Assembly: GCF_006345805.1 (NCBI RefSeq)
Contig: NW_021830466.1
Location: 1,029 to 65,028 of the forward strand
Length of the DNA: 64,000 bases
Reading direction: 5' to 3'
From: Octopus sinensis
Taxonomy: Eukaryota
The notes below the pieces were generated by a model, which did not search any database, was not told the origin of the DNA, and saw only the letters and a list, made by a program, of their open reading frames with translations. The position numbers were made by a program, and so were the translations under genes. Position 1 is the first letter of the stretch. Every line of letters starts with the position of its first letter. Below, in pieces: positions 41,488 to 54,371 of the stretch.

Positions 41488-43647
41488 CTAGCAGTATTGC
41501 CCGGCGTTGCTCGGGTTTGTAAGGGAAATAACTATATAAGCATTTTAGAGATGTAAAGTATTATAGCCATCTCAATATGGCTAACCACAAAGGGGGGGGG
41601 GTTACTGTAGCTTTTTACGTTCTGAGATTTAATAATAAATTTTTAGAGAGTTACTTCCCTTATATATGCAAAAAATGCATTAAAAATGGGGAAAATTGAT
41701 GGTAAATTTTTTTTTAAATCGTAGACTCATCGTAGATGCGCGCTAATACCCAGAAGGGCTCGATATGAATCACGACTATAAGATACCCGGTTTTGGTTAA
41801 ACTGCACCGCAAAATGTGGGAGTAGTTAGGAATCTAAATCGTAGGAGACAGACAGCACACAACCTCACTTTTATATATAAAGATATATATATTTTCTATG
41901 AAAAAGAATGGTGCAATCAAGACAATTGGAAGCGCATTGTGACCAGCGGTGTATAACATCATCTGATGGTCTGGCTGATCTTGCGTGATATATATATCAT
42001 ATATTTTGTGTGTCATCTCATTTTTTTTTCTTTGAGTAGAAGACGTTGCATGCGACTGGTCTCCACTTACACAAGTAAAAAGACTAACGCTCATGAGTCG
42101 AATGTTTTTCCCATCATTATGACCTGGAACCCGGCACTCTGCTATTTCTACCACTGAAAAGGAGAAAAGAGAAAGGGAGCGAGAGGGAGATAGAGGGAGA
42201 GAAAAAAGAGAGAAGGAGAGAGGTGTGAAAGAGAAGAGATAGGGAGGTGGAGAGAGAGGAGGAAAGAGAAGAGATAGGGAGGGAGAGAGAGAAGAGAGGG
42301 AGAGAGGGGGATGAAGGATAGAGAGAAAAGAGAAGGGGAGAAAGAAGACAGAGAGACAGAGAGAAAGGGGAAGGGAGAGAGGTAGAGAGAGAAAGAGAAA
42401 GTGCTATTTCGTTGAACTTACTATTCTTCAGAATAGGGCAGGAATATTTCATTGTCGGGGTCGTTGAGATTCTTGTAACATTCTTGAACGCCTGGGTCTA
42501 GCCAAACCTGCAGGATTAAGAAAATGTCTGGTTTCTCGTAATGACAGTAAAAGTTCGAGAGACGTCGTGGTCGAGCGGGGAATAAGTTTGTATTGTTGTG
42601 GTCGAAGTGAGTGCCATCTTCCTCAACTGTATGAAGTAACAAGGCCCTGATTCGTGGATATTTCTTCTCAAACTCACTCACCGTTTCCTGTAATGACAAA
42701 GGTAAAAAAAAAAAAAAGACAATTTGTGAAAGGTGGACAGAAACAGAAAGAAAGAAAAATGAAACGAAAAAAGCAAAAATTTATATTTAAAAAAGCCGTC
42801 TAAAACTGAAATAAACTTTTAAAAAAGGAACTGAAGGAAAAAAAACGAAAAAAAAAACAAGGCATTGGAGGGGTGATGCATAACCCTGTGCGCGGATAAG
42901 CTTTTTTTTTTTCTTTTCTGCCCGCAAGGGGCTACACATAGAAGGGACAAACAAGGACAGACAAACGGATTAAGTTGATTATATCGACCCCAGTGCGTAA
43001 CTGGTACTTATTTAATCGACCCCGAAAGGATGAAAGGTAAAGTCGACCTGGGCGGAATTTGAACTCGGAACGTAGCGGCAGACGAAATACCGTATTTGAC
43101 GGCATATAGGACGCACTTTTTTTCAAAAACTTTGGCTCAAAAAATCGCCCTGCGTCTAATATGCGAAGTCAAGACCCTCCCGTAGGCTAATCTTCTCCCA
43201 GACGCTCACTAACCTAGCTTACGATAAGTATTTCTATCAAGATAAACAGCACATGACCTTGCAGGTGGGGCCCAGTTAGAATTTTCTTCAGGTTGAGTAG
43301 CCCATCCCGCTCAAACGGTACCTGAATAAGGGTTGCTTAAGGATGTTGAAAGAACCACCCATGTTTCCAGAGGTGAACTATTCAAACCCCAAAGAATCCC
43401 TCTCAACACATGGCTATGATGCTCCCCCACTACTTCTGCTCGTGATCAGAGATGCACATATCGTCAGCCACTAAGGGACATGCTCAGCTGGTTAAGGTCA
43501 AACAACTGACAAGCAAATCTGAGGTATTGAGCAGAATATTTGCTGTAGCCCATCTTTTATACCAAGACAAAACAATGTACATGATAACACTTCCAATCAG
43601 TTAAGATCAGAAGCCATGAGAGCCACTGCCTGGTACTGCATCAGGGC

Positions 43648-43699
<52 letters not shown>

Positions 43700-46600
43700 T
43701 TATTATTATTATTACCAGTATTATTACTTTAAAATACGAATTATCGTAAAATTCAAAGCAATCTACCGTAAATTGTTAGGCTGCGATCCATGACACACGT
43801 TTACTAATATCACTGATCGGAACCCTAACTCGATGCCATCTGACGGTGAGGAGTAAAACTACGGAATGCACATGATCGTTGCGAGTTCGTGTATATACGG
43901 AGGTAGGTTGGATATCTTGGTACAACAAAGTTTATGATCATAACAAAACACACTACAACAGAACAAGCACCCTCACGGCTATGGCAGCAAAAAGATCAAG
44001 CTACAAGATCTCCTACAAACTATGAGTTGTAGATTATGCCAAGGAGCATGGAAATAGAGCAGCAGCAAGGGTTTTTGGGCCACCACCTACAGAAAAAATG
44101 ATACGTGTCTGGCGACAGCAAGAAGAGCAGCTGATGAGAGCACAGAAAGGTAAACATAACCTTCGTTGCCCAGCCCCACATTGGCCAGAACTTGAGGATG
44201 ATATAAAAACGTGGGTGCTTGATGAGAGAAACTCAGGGAGAAGTGTATCTACCAAAATGATAATTCATGAGGCCATGAGAGTAGCAGAACAACGAGGGAT
44301 ACAGAACTTTGCAGGAACAGAAGGTTGGTGTTACAGGTTTATGAAACGGAAGGGTTTATCAATGCGTACAAAAACATTCATTGCACAAAAAATGCCTGCT
44401 GATTATGAAGAAAAAATATTAGATTTTCATAGATTTGTTATAAATGCAAGAAAGAAAATTTGTTTTGAACTGGGCCAAATAGGGAATATGGACGAAGTTC
44501 CAATCACATTTGATGTACCATCCAACAGGACTGTGAGTGTCAAAGGGTCTAAAACGGTTTCGATAAAAACCACTGGCCACGCTTAAATACACTTTGACCT
44601 GCTGAAATAAGGGTGCGTCTAATATGCCAGTGCGTCTAATATGCCGTCAAATACGGTACCTATTTCATTATTACCCACAAGGGGCTAAACACAGAAGGGA
44701 CAAACAAGGACAGACAAACGGATTAAGTCGATTATATCGACCCCAGTGCGTAACTGGTACTTATTTAATCGACCCCGAAAGGATGAAAGGCAAAGTCGAC
44801 CTCGGCGGAATTTGAACTCAGAACGTAGCGACAGACGAAATACATCTAAGCATTTTGTCCGGCGTGCTAACGTTTCTGCCTGCTCTCCGCCTTGAAAAAT
44901 TTGGTCCGGCGTGCTAACGTTTCTGGCAGCTCGCGCGCGGATAAGTTTTTTCTCAAATTATCCTGTGTGCACATAAATTCATTCGCAAAAAATCTGCACA
45001 GTCAAAACATTTTGATTCACCCATCCGCCAGTTTTGAAGATAATCAAACCAAATTTTCATCAATTTGACTCACTTATCCAGTGAGTATTTCTGCCAAATT
45101 TGGTGAAAATCCGTCCGGCTGTTTTTCAGTAATTTTGTAAACACAAAGATGAGTGACTACAATACATTGCTTTCGTTTACGCGCGCAAGGTAAATGTGAA
45201 ACAGAAAATATCTTTAATCTTTTACTTGTTTCAGACAATAGATAGTGGCAATGCTGTAGCACCGCCTTGAAGAATCTTAGTCGCACGAATTGATCCCAGA
45301 TCTTGTTTATTTGTTTATTTATGTTTTAGGGCCTGATGCTTATTCTATCGGTGTCTTTTCCGAGTTGTTAAGTTACGGGGATGTAACCACACCAACACCG
45401 GTTGTCAAGCAGTGGCGGCAGATAGACACAAACATAAAGACACACACACACCCATACATATATACAGAGGTTGGACAAAATTATGGAAACGCCTAATATC
45501 ATAGTATCATAATTTTGAAATATCTATAAAACCGTCAAAAGCTTGTTTATTTTTATGATTTTTGATTTATTATTAGTATTGCTTAATATGTTTTGCTAAA
45601 ATTGCTGTTTAATTTCAAATTTCACCAGAAAAAGGTAATTAAAATTCATTAAAATGACATATCTATCGGACTTTCAAAGAGGTCAAATTGTTGGTGCTCG
45701 TATGGCAGGCGCTAGCGTAGTGAAAACAGCCGAAATGTTTGGTGTATCAAGAAGTACTGTCTCGAAAGTAATGACAGCTTTTGAGAAGAGGGAAAAGCCT
45801 CCTCGTCGAAACAAATCTCCGGAAGAAAACCAAAACTTTCAGAGAGGGACCGTCAGACTCTTATGCAAACTGTAAGAAAAGATCACAAAAGTACAGCTCC
45901 CAAAATTACTGCAGAGGTTAATGACTACCTCGAGAACCCACAAAGCTGCACAAAGCCGGATTTCATGGGAGGGCTGTAATAAGAAAACCACTACTTTCAA
46001 AAACAAACATTGCGAAGCGTTTAGAGTGGAGTAAAAACCTACAGAATTGGTCTCTAGAGTAGTAGAAGAATGTTATTTTCTTAGAAGAGTCATCCTTTGC
46101 TTTATTTCCGAACACCGGCCGAGTATACGTGTGGAGATAGCCAAAAGAAGCATTTGACCCAGACTGCCTTCTTCCAACTGTTAAACATGGAGGAAGATCT
46201 GTGGTGAACTGGGGGGGGGGGGCTATATCTTAGAAATGGCAGAATTAATAGTCAAGACTATTTAAGCATTTTATCTGATCAAATTCATCATATGGTTGTG
46301 GAACTGTTTCCGGAGGGAAACGCAATCTTTCAGGATGATAATGCACCAATTCACATAGCTAAAGTTGTTACTGAATGGCATGAGGAACATTCTAGTGAAG
46401 TTGAACGTCTTATCTGGCCACCACAGCTCCCCAGATCCCAATATTATTGAACATTTATGGTGCATTTTAGAAAAACAAGTAACGAGTCGATATCCTCCAC
46501 CATCATCACTTCAAGAACTGGAGACAGTTTTAGCTGAAGAATGAACAAAAACTCCTTTGGAAACAATTCAAACATTGTACGAGTCCATACATCATAGAAT

Positions 46601-46703
46601 TCAAGCTGTAATTACTGTCAAAGGCGGTCCTACCCCATATTAGAATAAATTTGTTCGAAATTTTAAGGTGTTTCCATTATTTTGTCCAACCCCTGTATAT
46701 ATA

Positions 46704-46736
<33 letters not shown>

Positions 46737-47309
46737 ACAGGTTCTATCAGATTCCGTATCCCAAATTCATTTGGTCGTCCCGAGGTTGTAGTAAAAGACA
46801 CACGCTCAAGGTGCCACGTAATGGGACTGAACCTGGAACCATATGGTTGGGTAGTAAACTTACCACATAGTCAAGTGTTTGCCTACATGTTCAAAAACAA
46901 TTAGAAATACTAGAAGGAACTTTAAAATGAAACATAGAATGAAACAAAACAAAAGGAGAACAAGGAAAAAGCAACCAGAACACAAAAGAAAAACTGAAAA
47001 AGAACAATGCTGAAGTAAATTAGAAAAAAAAAACAGCAAATGAAAATATAGAGAAAAAGAAATTTTTTTCAATATTAAAAGTAAATTTCAAAAAGAAATG
47101 AAGAATAAAAAAAAAGCAGGTAAAAAGAAAAGAAAGAATGAAGAAAATTAAAAAAAAGAAAAAACATAAATGTTAAAGAAACAAGACGTTAGATAAAAAA
47201 AGAAAAAAGTAAACATGAAAATAAATTGAAAATGGCATATACAAAAAAACCCCAAAGAACTCAGATATTTAAAATACATTAAACAAATATATTTATAAAA
47301 CTAGAAAAA

Positions 47310-47354
<45 letters not shown>

Positions 47355-47362
47355 TAATAATA

Positions 47363-47422
<60 letters not shown>

Positions 47423-48135
47423 GTGAAAAAAACACAGGTGGAAATTTTAAAAAATCTAAAAGAAAAAAACAAAATAGAACCTACAAAAATAAAGCAAAAA
47501 GAAAATCTAAAAAAAGAAATATGGAAATGAAACAGAAATAATAATGAAAAAAGAAACACAGAAATCATGAAAAAAAAAAAGAAACACAGGAATAATTTTT
47601 TTTGAAGAAAGAAAATGAAATGAAGAAAATAAATAAAAAAGATCAGAAATAAAAATGCAACAGAAAAAAAAACAGAAAAAAGTGGAAGAAGAAATAAGAA
47701 GAAAATCTGAGAGTTTAAGAAAAGAAATAAATTTAAGAACAAATATAAAAAACTGGGAAGAAATGACGGAAACAAAATTTAACAACGAGAATCAATAACC
47801 GTTTCTACTACAGACACAAGGCCTGAAATGTTTGAGGAGGGGATTAGTCGATTACATCGACCCAGTGTTCAACTGGTATATATTCCATCGACCCTGAAAG
47901 GATGAAAGGCAAAATCGACATTGGCGGAATTTGAACACAACGTAAAGATGGACGGACAGAATGCCTCTAAACATTTTGCCCGGCGTTAACGGTTCTGCCA
48001 GCTCGGTGTCTTAACCCCCGCCAAAAACTCTCCCCACAAAAAACGATAATAAAAATAAAAATAACAAAAACAATCAGAGAGCGCAAACCTCCACCAAGGC
48101 ACACACACACACGCAAACACACACACACATACACA

Positions 48136-48207
<72 letters not shown>

Positions 48208-48419
48208 GACACAGAGTAATCCCTCGCCATATCGCAGTTTATTATTTAAGCTTACGTCGATTTCTCTGTGATGTTGTTTTGCATTTATAATAAAATAAAT
48301 ACATACAAATTATAAAAATAATCTGAAAAATATACAGTACATTACTGTTTCTACTTCGCGGATTTTCACCTATCGCGGGGAATTTGGGAACGCAACACCC
48401 GCGATAGTCGAGGGATTAC

Positions 48420-48452
<33 letters not shown>

Positions 48453-51400
48453 CACACACACACACACACACACATATATATGTATATACACACACATTAG
48501 CAGAGATACCCGGCGTTACTCGGGATTAAAATGGCATAGTTTGTATATATAGTACAGTTACTTTAAAACATGTGATACTGGGAAGTGCAGCATTGACGAC
48601 AAAACATTTGTGGAGTAAATCATGGGCTAATTTGACTAAGCGACATCTCATGCACCAGTTTGGAGATTTCCAGACCCTAAGCTGTCTTGGAAATGTGGGT
48701 TGGGGGTGGGGGTGATTTTTAAACGCACCAAAAAGCTCTGTGGATATACTCTCCTTTGTGGCTATCGGACATTGACTTGGAACATAAAGCAATGTAAAAA
48801 AAATCTGGTACTCCGCCGGTTACGAAGGAGGGTTCCAGTTGATCTGATAAACGGCACAGCCTGCTCGTGAAGTTAATATACAAGTGGCTGAGTGCTCTAC
48901 AGACACACCATATACATTGTTCTCAGGGAGATTCAGCATAACAAGGAATGTGACAAAGCCGACCGTTTCCAATTACAGGTATTATTAATTTTTGCCAGCT
49001 GAGTGAACTGGAGCAACGTGAAATAAAGGACACAATATGCCGCAGGGAATTGAACACACGACCTTAAGATCATGAACCGAATACTTTAACCACGAAGCTA
49101 CGTGTCTTCACCAAAGAAATGTAAACGAATGCTGCAAAGTATTTCGTTCACTGTTCTATCTTTGGTTTTATGTTGTGTTCTGAGAACTGGGCGATCAGTA
49201 TCAAAAATGTCTAAGCACAGCTTTTGAAAGTGTTGTGTTATTACTTCAATAACTATAATGAAAGTGGAAAGTAGAACCCCGTTTGGTATATTTATGGTCA
49301 TTAAATTCCTGACTATATTGACTTCCGTTAGTTTCCTACCAAACTAATTTTATGTAAGAACCTTTTGTTGTTGGTTTCAAATTTTGGCACAAAGCCAGCA
49401 ATTTGGGGGGCGAGTAAAAGTCGATCACATCGACCCTAGTGCTCAATTGGTATTTAATTTATCGACTCCAAAAGGATGAAAGGATGTGAATTCGTGTGTT
49501 GAAACAAATTTTGGGGTAATGACTCTCATACGACACAACAAAATATACAAATGTGAGAGAGACAATCAATTTCTGAAAGTTACTCCGCAAAGAGTTAACT
49601 CCCTTGTCAACAGTAGTCGTACGTACCCCAGGAAAGGATGTTTTCTTCGCCCAGAGGCCCCATTACTCATTACTTCTGACGCCACCACCATCAACACCTT
49701 TGATTTCGTCGCTTTCTCCTCCACCACCATCACCACTGTCGTTTACTCTCACCGTCATCCCTGACCATCACCGCCACCGCTGCCCCCTCCACCTCTATCA
49801 CAATTACAGCTCATGCTCTTATTACCACCCCATTACCATCACCAAAAGGCTAAATGTGTGTTCGTTCAGTATGTTATTCAGCATGTTACTTCAGTGTTCA
49901 GTCCCTCCTTCCCTCACATACCCACTCTTTCTCTCTCTCTCTTATTATTTCTCCCACTGCCACCATCAACACTACTACTTTTAATAAAACACCATCAACT
50001 CCCTCTAAATTTCTTTGTCTCTCTTTCGCACCTTCTCTTTTACTTTCTGTCTGTCTGTCTGTCTTCGCCACCACTCTCACTGTCTCTATACCTACTACTA
50101 CTCCCACCTCATCATAAGAGAGTGGGGTCTAAGTGTTACGCACTGACACACAGAAATTCGCATTTATTATATTAGATGTGTGTGTGTTTGTCTCCTACCA
50201 CCGCTTGACAACCGGTGTTTGTTTGTTTAACCCTAATCCGCATTCTAGTGGTTCGTCAAAAGACACCAATAAAATAAGTACCAGGATTAAAAAAATATCT
50301 ACTGGGGTCGATTTGTTCAACTCAGCCCTTCAAGACGGTGCCCCAGCATGGCCGAGGTTCAATGACTGAAACAAGTAAAAGATAAAAGATAAAAATCGGT
50401 ATTTGTAACGTGTAGAGCGAGATCTGAAACGATCATTTGCATGTTCTGAGCAGATTCAAGCGCAAATATGCTAGTCGTTTTTGTGTACGTCACACGAAAA
50501 CAGAAATAATAATAATAGCAAACTTGAAATACAAAAATAGAAATAAAAAAAAAAACTGCATACAAATGAAAGATAAAAACAGAGTAATACAGAACTGCAA
50601 GAAAAAAACAACAACACAAAAACAGAATATTTAAATGAAATTTGTTTCACGTTGAAAAGATATTAGTAACGATGATATGATCGAACATGTAATTAATTAA
50701 GTCGCAGCATTTAATATGGCAATACATTGGTCATGATGAGGATGATGATAAGGAGGAGGAGGTTATTAGAAGTGGTGGCGATTATTGTGAGGATAATGAT
50801 GGTGATGATGATGGTGATAATGGGGATGATGACGATGACGACAAGGACGAATATGATGATGGTGATAACGTTAATAATGACAACGACAGCGATGACATCA
50901 GCGATAATGATGACGACGACGATGATGATGATAATGATGATGGTGGTGATGATGATGGCGGTGATGATGATGGCGGTGATGTTGCTGCTGCTGATGATGA
51001 AATGGACGAATATGATGACGGTGATAATGATGGTAATAAGGACAGCGATGACGACAATATCGATGACAGCTATGACAAAACACCTGCCTGGCTGCATGCA
51101 CACAACCTCCTTGCTCAGCCCCACCTTACAAAAACAAACAAACAAACAAATAAATAAATCGAAATGAAACGAATTGTTATACTTACAGTCATCGATGGGT
51201 CATTAAAGTCTATCTTCATAGATGCCATATGATCTAAGACATGGTGCAGCGCATGCGTGATGTTCTCGTAAATAAATGGTTTGAAATAGTGGCGTTCGTT
51301 TTCAGGGAAGCCGTCTCCATATCTGATTCTCATCTGTTTGATAAAGGTACTTTTCCCGGAACCGGAAGCACCTACATGACAAAATAGCAGAAATTGGTAT

Positions 51401-52342
51401 CTTATTTCTTTATTACCCACAAGGGGCTAAGCATAGAGGGGACAAATAAGGACAGACAAATAGATTAAGTCGATTGCATCGACCCCAGTGCGTAACTGGT
51501 ACTTAATTTATCGACCCCGAAAGGATGAAAGGCAAAGTCGACCTCGGCGGAATTTGAACCCAGAGCGTAGCAGCAGATGAAATACCGCTAAGCATTTCGC
51601 CCGGCGCGCGAACGTTTCGGCCAGCTCGCCGCTTTGGTTTCTGATTCACTAACGTGAGGGCAGAGAAGAAGGTGCTGCTCCTTTAAGATAAGGGCCAGGG
51701 AGGATGGTCATAATTCAGAAATTTCGGTGCATATTATGTATTCTATCTCGGGCGGCGAGCTGGCAGAATTGTCAGAGCGTCGTCGGAAGGCATATCTAGC
51801 GGCATATTTTCCAACTGTTTACATTCTGAGTTCAAATTCAATGAAGGTCGACTTGATTTGAACTCAGAACTTAGAGACCCGTAACTAAATAGTACAACGC
51901 ATTTTATCCAGCGCTCTACTGATTCTTTCAACGAGGTGACATATTTATACAGTTCGAGCGAAATGTTAATGATACTAATTTGTAACATAGCTCAAAAGAT
52001 TTCGCCTTTTGAGGACATAATACTGTCGATTAGATTTCCCCAGTATATAACTGGTATTTTATTTTAATCATCTTGGATTGATAAAAGGCAAACTCGATCA
52101 CCGAGTGATTCGAACTTAGAGCCTAAAAGTCTGCCTTTAAATACAACTAGACATTTTGTCAGACGCTTCAGTGACGTTTTGCCAATCCGACGCCATATTG
52201 ATACTGTTCTGTGTGTGTGTGTGTGTGTTGTACGTGAATGTGTGGCCACATTAGTGAAATGTCACTGATACGAGAAGGTCATCCATTTTGTTACTTTGCT
52301 CTTCTCAGTTCGTGGATTCTGTTAAAAGTCAAGTGTGTGTGT

Positions 52343-52433
<91 letters not shown>

Positions 52434-54299
52434 CGTGCGTGTGTGTGTTTGTGCGTGAGTGTGCACTTGACTTATATTATGGCAAGCAGTTCAATTACGG
52501 AATTGTTAGCCTATTCAATGTCACATCGTTTGTAAAGAATCAGTCTCAATGCAATAAATACACAGAGTAGTGTTTCTTGCTAATACATACATATATATGT
52601 ACACTCACTGCAAGAAATACTATTATATATGTATATATACATACGCATAGACACAAAGAAAAGGTATTCTATACACATAGATACACCCACATATGTGTTG
52701 TATTTCGCCTCTTTACCAGTTCATTATTTCTGATTTCTCTCACCACATACAAGAAACGAAAACCAAAAATGATGCCGTCTTATCTACAAAACATTTTATT
52801 ATTGCATAATATCAATGGTTTTATATTCATTTAACATAAATATCCTTATTTACTGGAATGACGACAAAGAAAGATTTGGCTGAGGAGACACACAAGGTCG
52901 AAACACTGATGTTCATTATCCCAATGAATCGTGTGTTTTATGAACAGACATTTCTCTGGAAGGAGTTATTTTCCAATAGCGATTAGCACATTTACGTTCG
53001 AATACACCGGAACAACTGAAGATGAAATATGCCAGTCATTCTTTTGATTTTCCATTGTTTATCGTGCACATGACGATTTATTATCCGCTTAAAAGATATC
53101 AACAAGCATCAGTAAATTGTTTGTCTGCAGAATTCTTTGAACAAGAGCTGTAATTCTTGTTTAGTTTCATTGATCCGGGAGTAACTTTGACTGCAGAGAC
53201 GCAATAAGGACGAAACATCACAATGTCTCAGGCTCCTCTTGATTTAATGAATTCGAGTGTGTTATCGAACACATATCGTCTGAAAAGAGAAGTTCTCCAG
53301 GGACGAAGTAAACAGCGATTAGCATGTTCATTTCCGAATCTGCCCGAACGTGCATTATTTTGATTCTTTCTGTTCATTGCGAACACAGTGATTTATCTTA
53401 AAGGATTTATCAACTTTGAACAAAATTCCACTCCAGAATCTCCATTCTAGATCAGAAATAACCCCCCGTGGGAGAATTTTTATCCAGGTTAAAAATTGCT
53501 GATCTGGACTGAAACATATTCTCCGCCTGCTAGACATAGAAGGCAAATCTCCCTCAAAACATACTCGATTTACATTTTTGTAAGCTAACCGTTGTGGAGG
53601 CGCAATGGTCCACTGGTTATGGCAGCGGACTCGCGGTCGGAGGATCGCGGTTTCGATTCTCAGAACGGGCGCTGTGTGTGTTTATTGAGCGAAAACACCT
53701 AAAGCTCCACGAGGCTCCGGCAGGGGGTGGTGGAGACCCCTGTTGTACTCTTTCGTCACAACTTTCTCTCACTCTTTCTTCCTGTTTCTTGAGTAACGCT
53801 GCGATGGACTGGTGTCCCGTCCAGCTGGGGGGAACACATACGCCACAGAAACCGGGGAAACCGGGCCCATGAGCCTGGCTAGGCTCGAAAAGGGTGACGT
53901 TTATCGTTTAAGCTAACCGTTAGCTGGGATTTCTTTTAATCGTGGCTTCTAATTTTGTATCGAGAATGAAATATCAATCAGCGTGATGTTATCGATTATA
54001 GATATGCTTTGCAAAGATTTGAGCAAGTTACTTTACGGTCGAATTGCTACACACTTCTTTCCTTTTATCTTTTATTTGTTTCAGCCATTGGACTGCGGCC
54101 AAGCTGAAGTACCGTCTTGAACGGTTTAGTCGAACAAATCAACTCCAGTTCTTGATCATTTGAAAATCTGGTACTTATTTTATTGGTGTCTTTTGCCGAA
54201 CCACTAAATTATGAGCACGTTAACAAAGCAACTCCGATTGTCAAGCGATGTAGCGGGGGTACAAATACAAGTACAATGACACACACACACACACACACA

Positions 54300-54371
<72 letters not shown>

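Larger units (their letters stand above)
42858..45195 (-). mobile_element. Helentron/DINE-like host element split by a nested SINE + pogo insertion
   Basis: Minus 5' TTTACCTTGCGC (45195), 3' GCGCACAGGGTTA plus hairpin GCAT..ATGC and TT (42858). 11-bp direct repeat GCGCGGATAAG at 42890-42900 and 44935-44945 brackets the insert. Confidence 0.55.

Noticed and set aside
52880-53570. Unique, fairly CpG-rich block in intron 1 with a 63-aa ORF
   Set aside because: Hand translation of several frames gave early stops and no motif; it could be regulatory but I cannot support that.
53593-53665. tRNA-like sequence
   Set aside because: It is the head of a multi-copy SINE that continues into a shared body; no complete cloverleaf is supported, so no tRNA gene is called.
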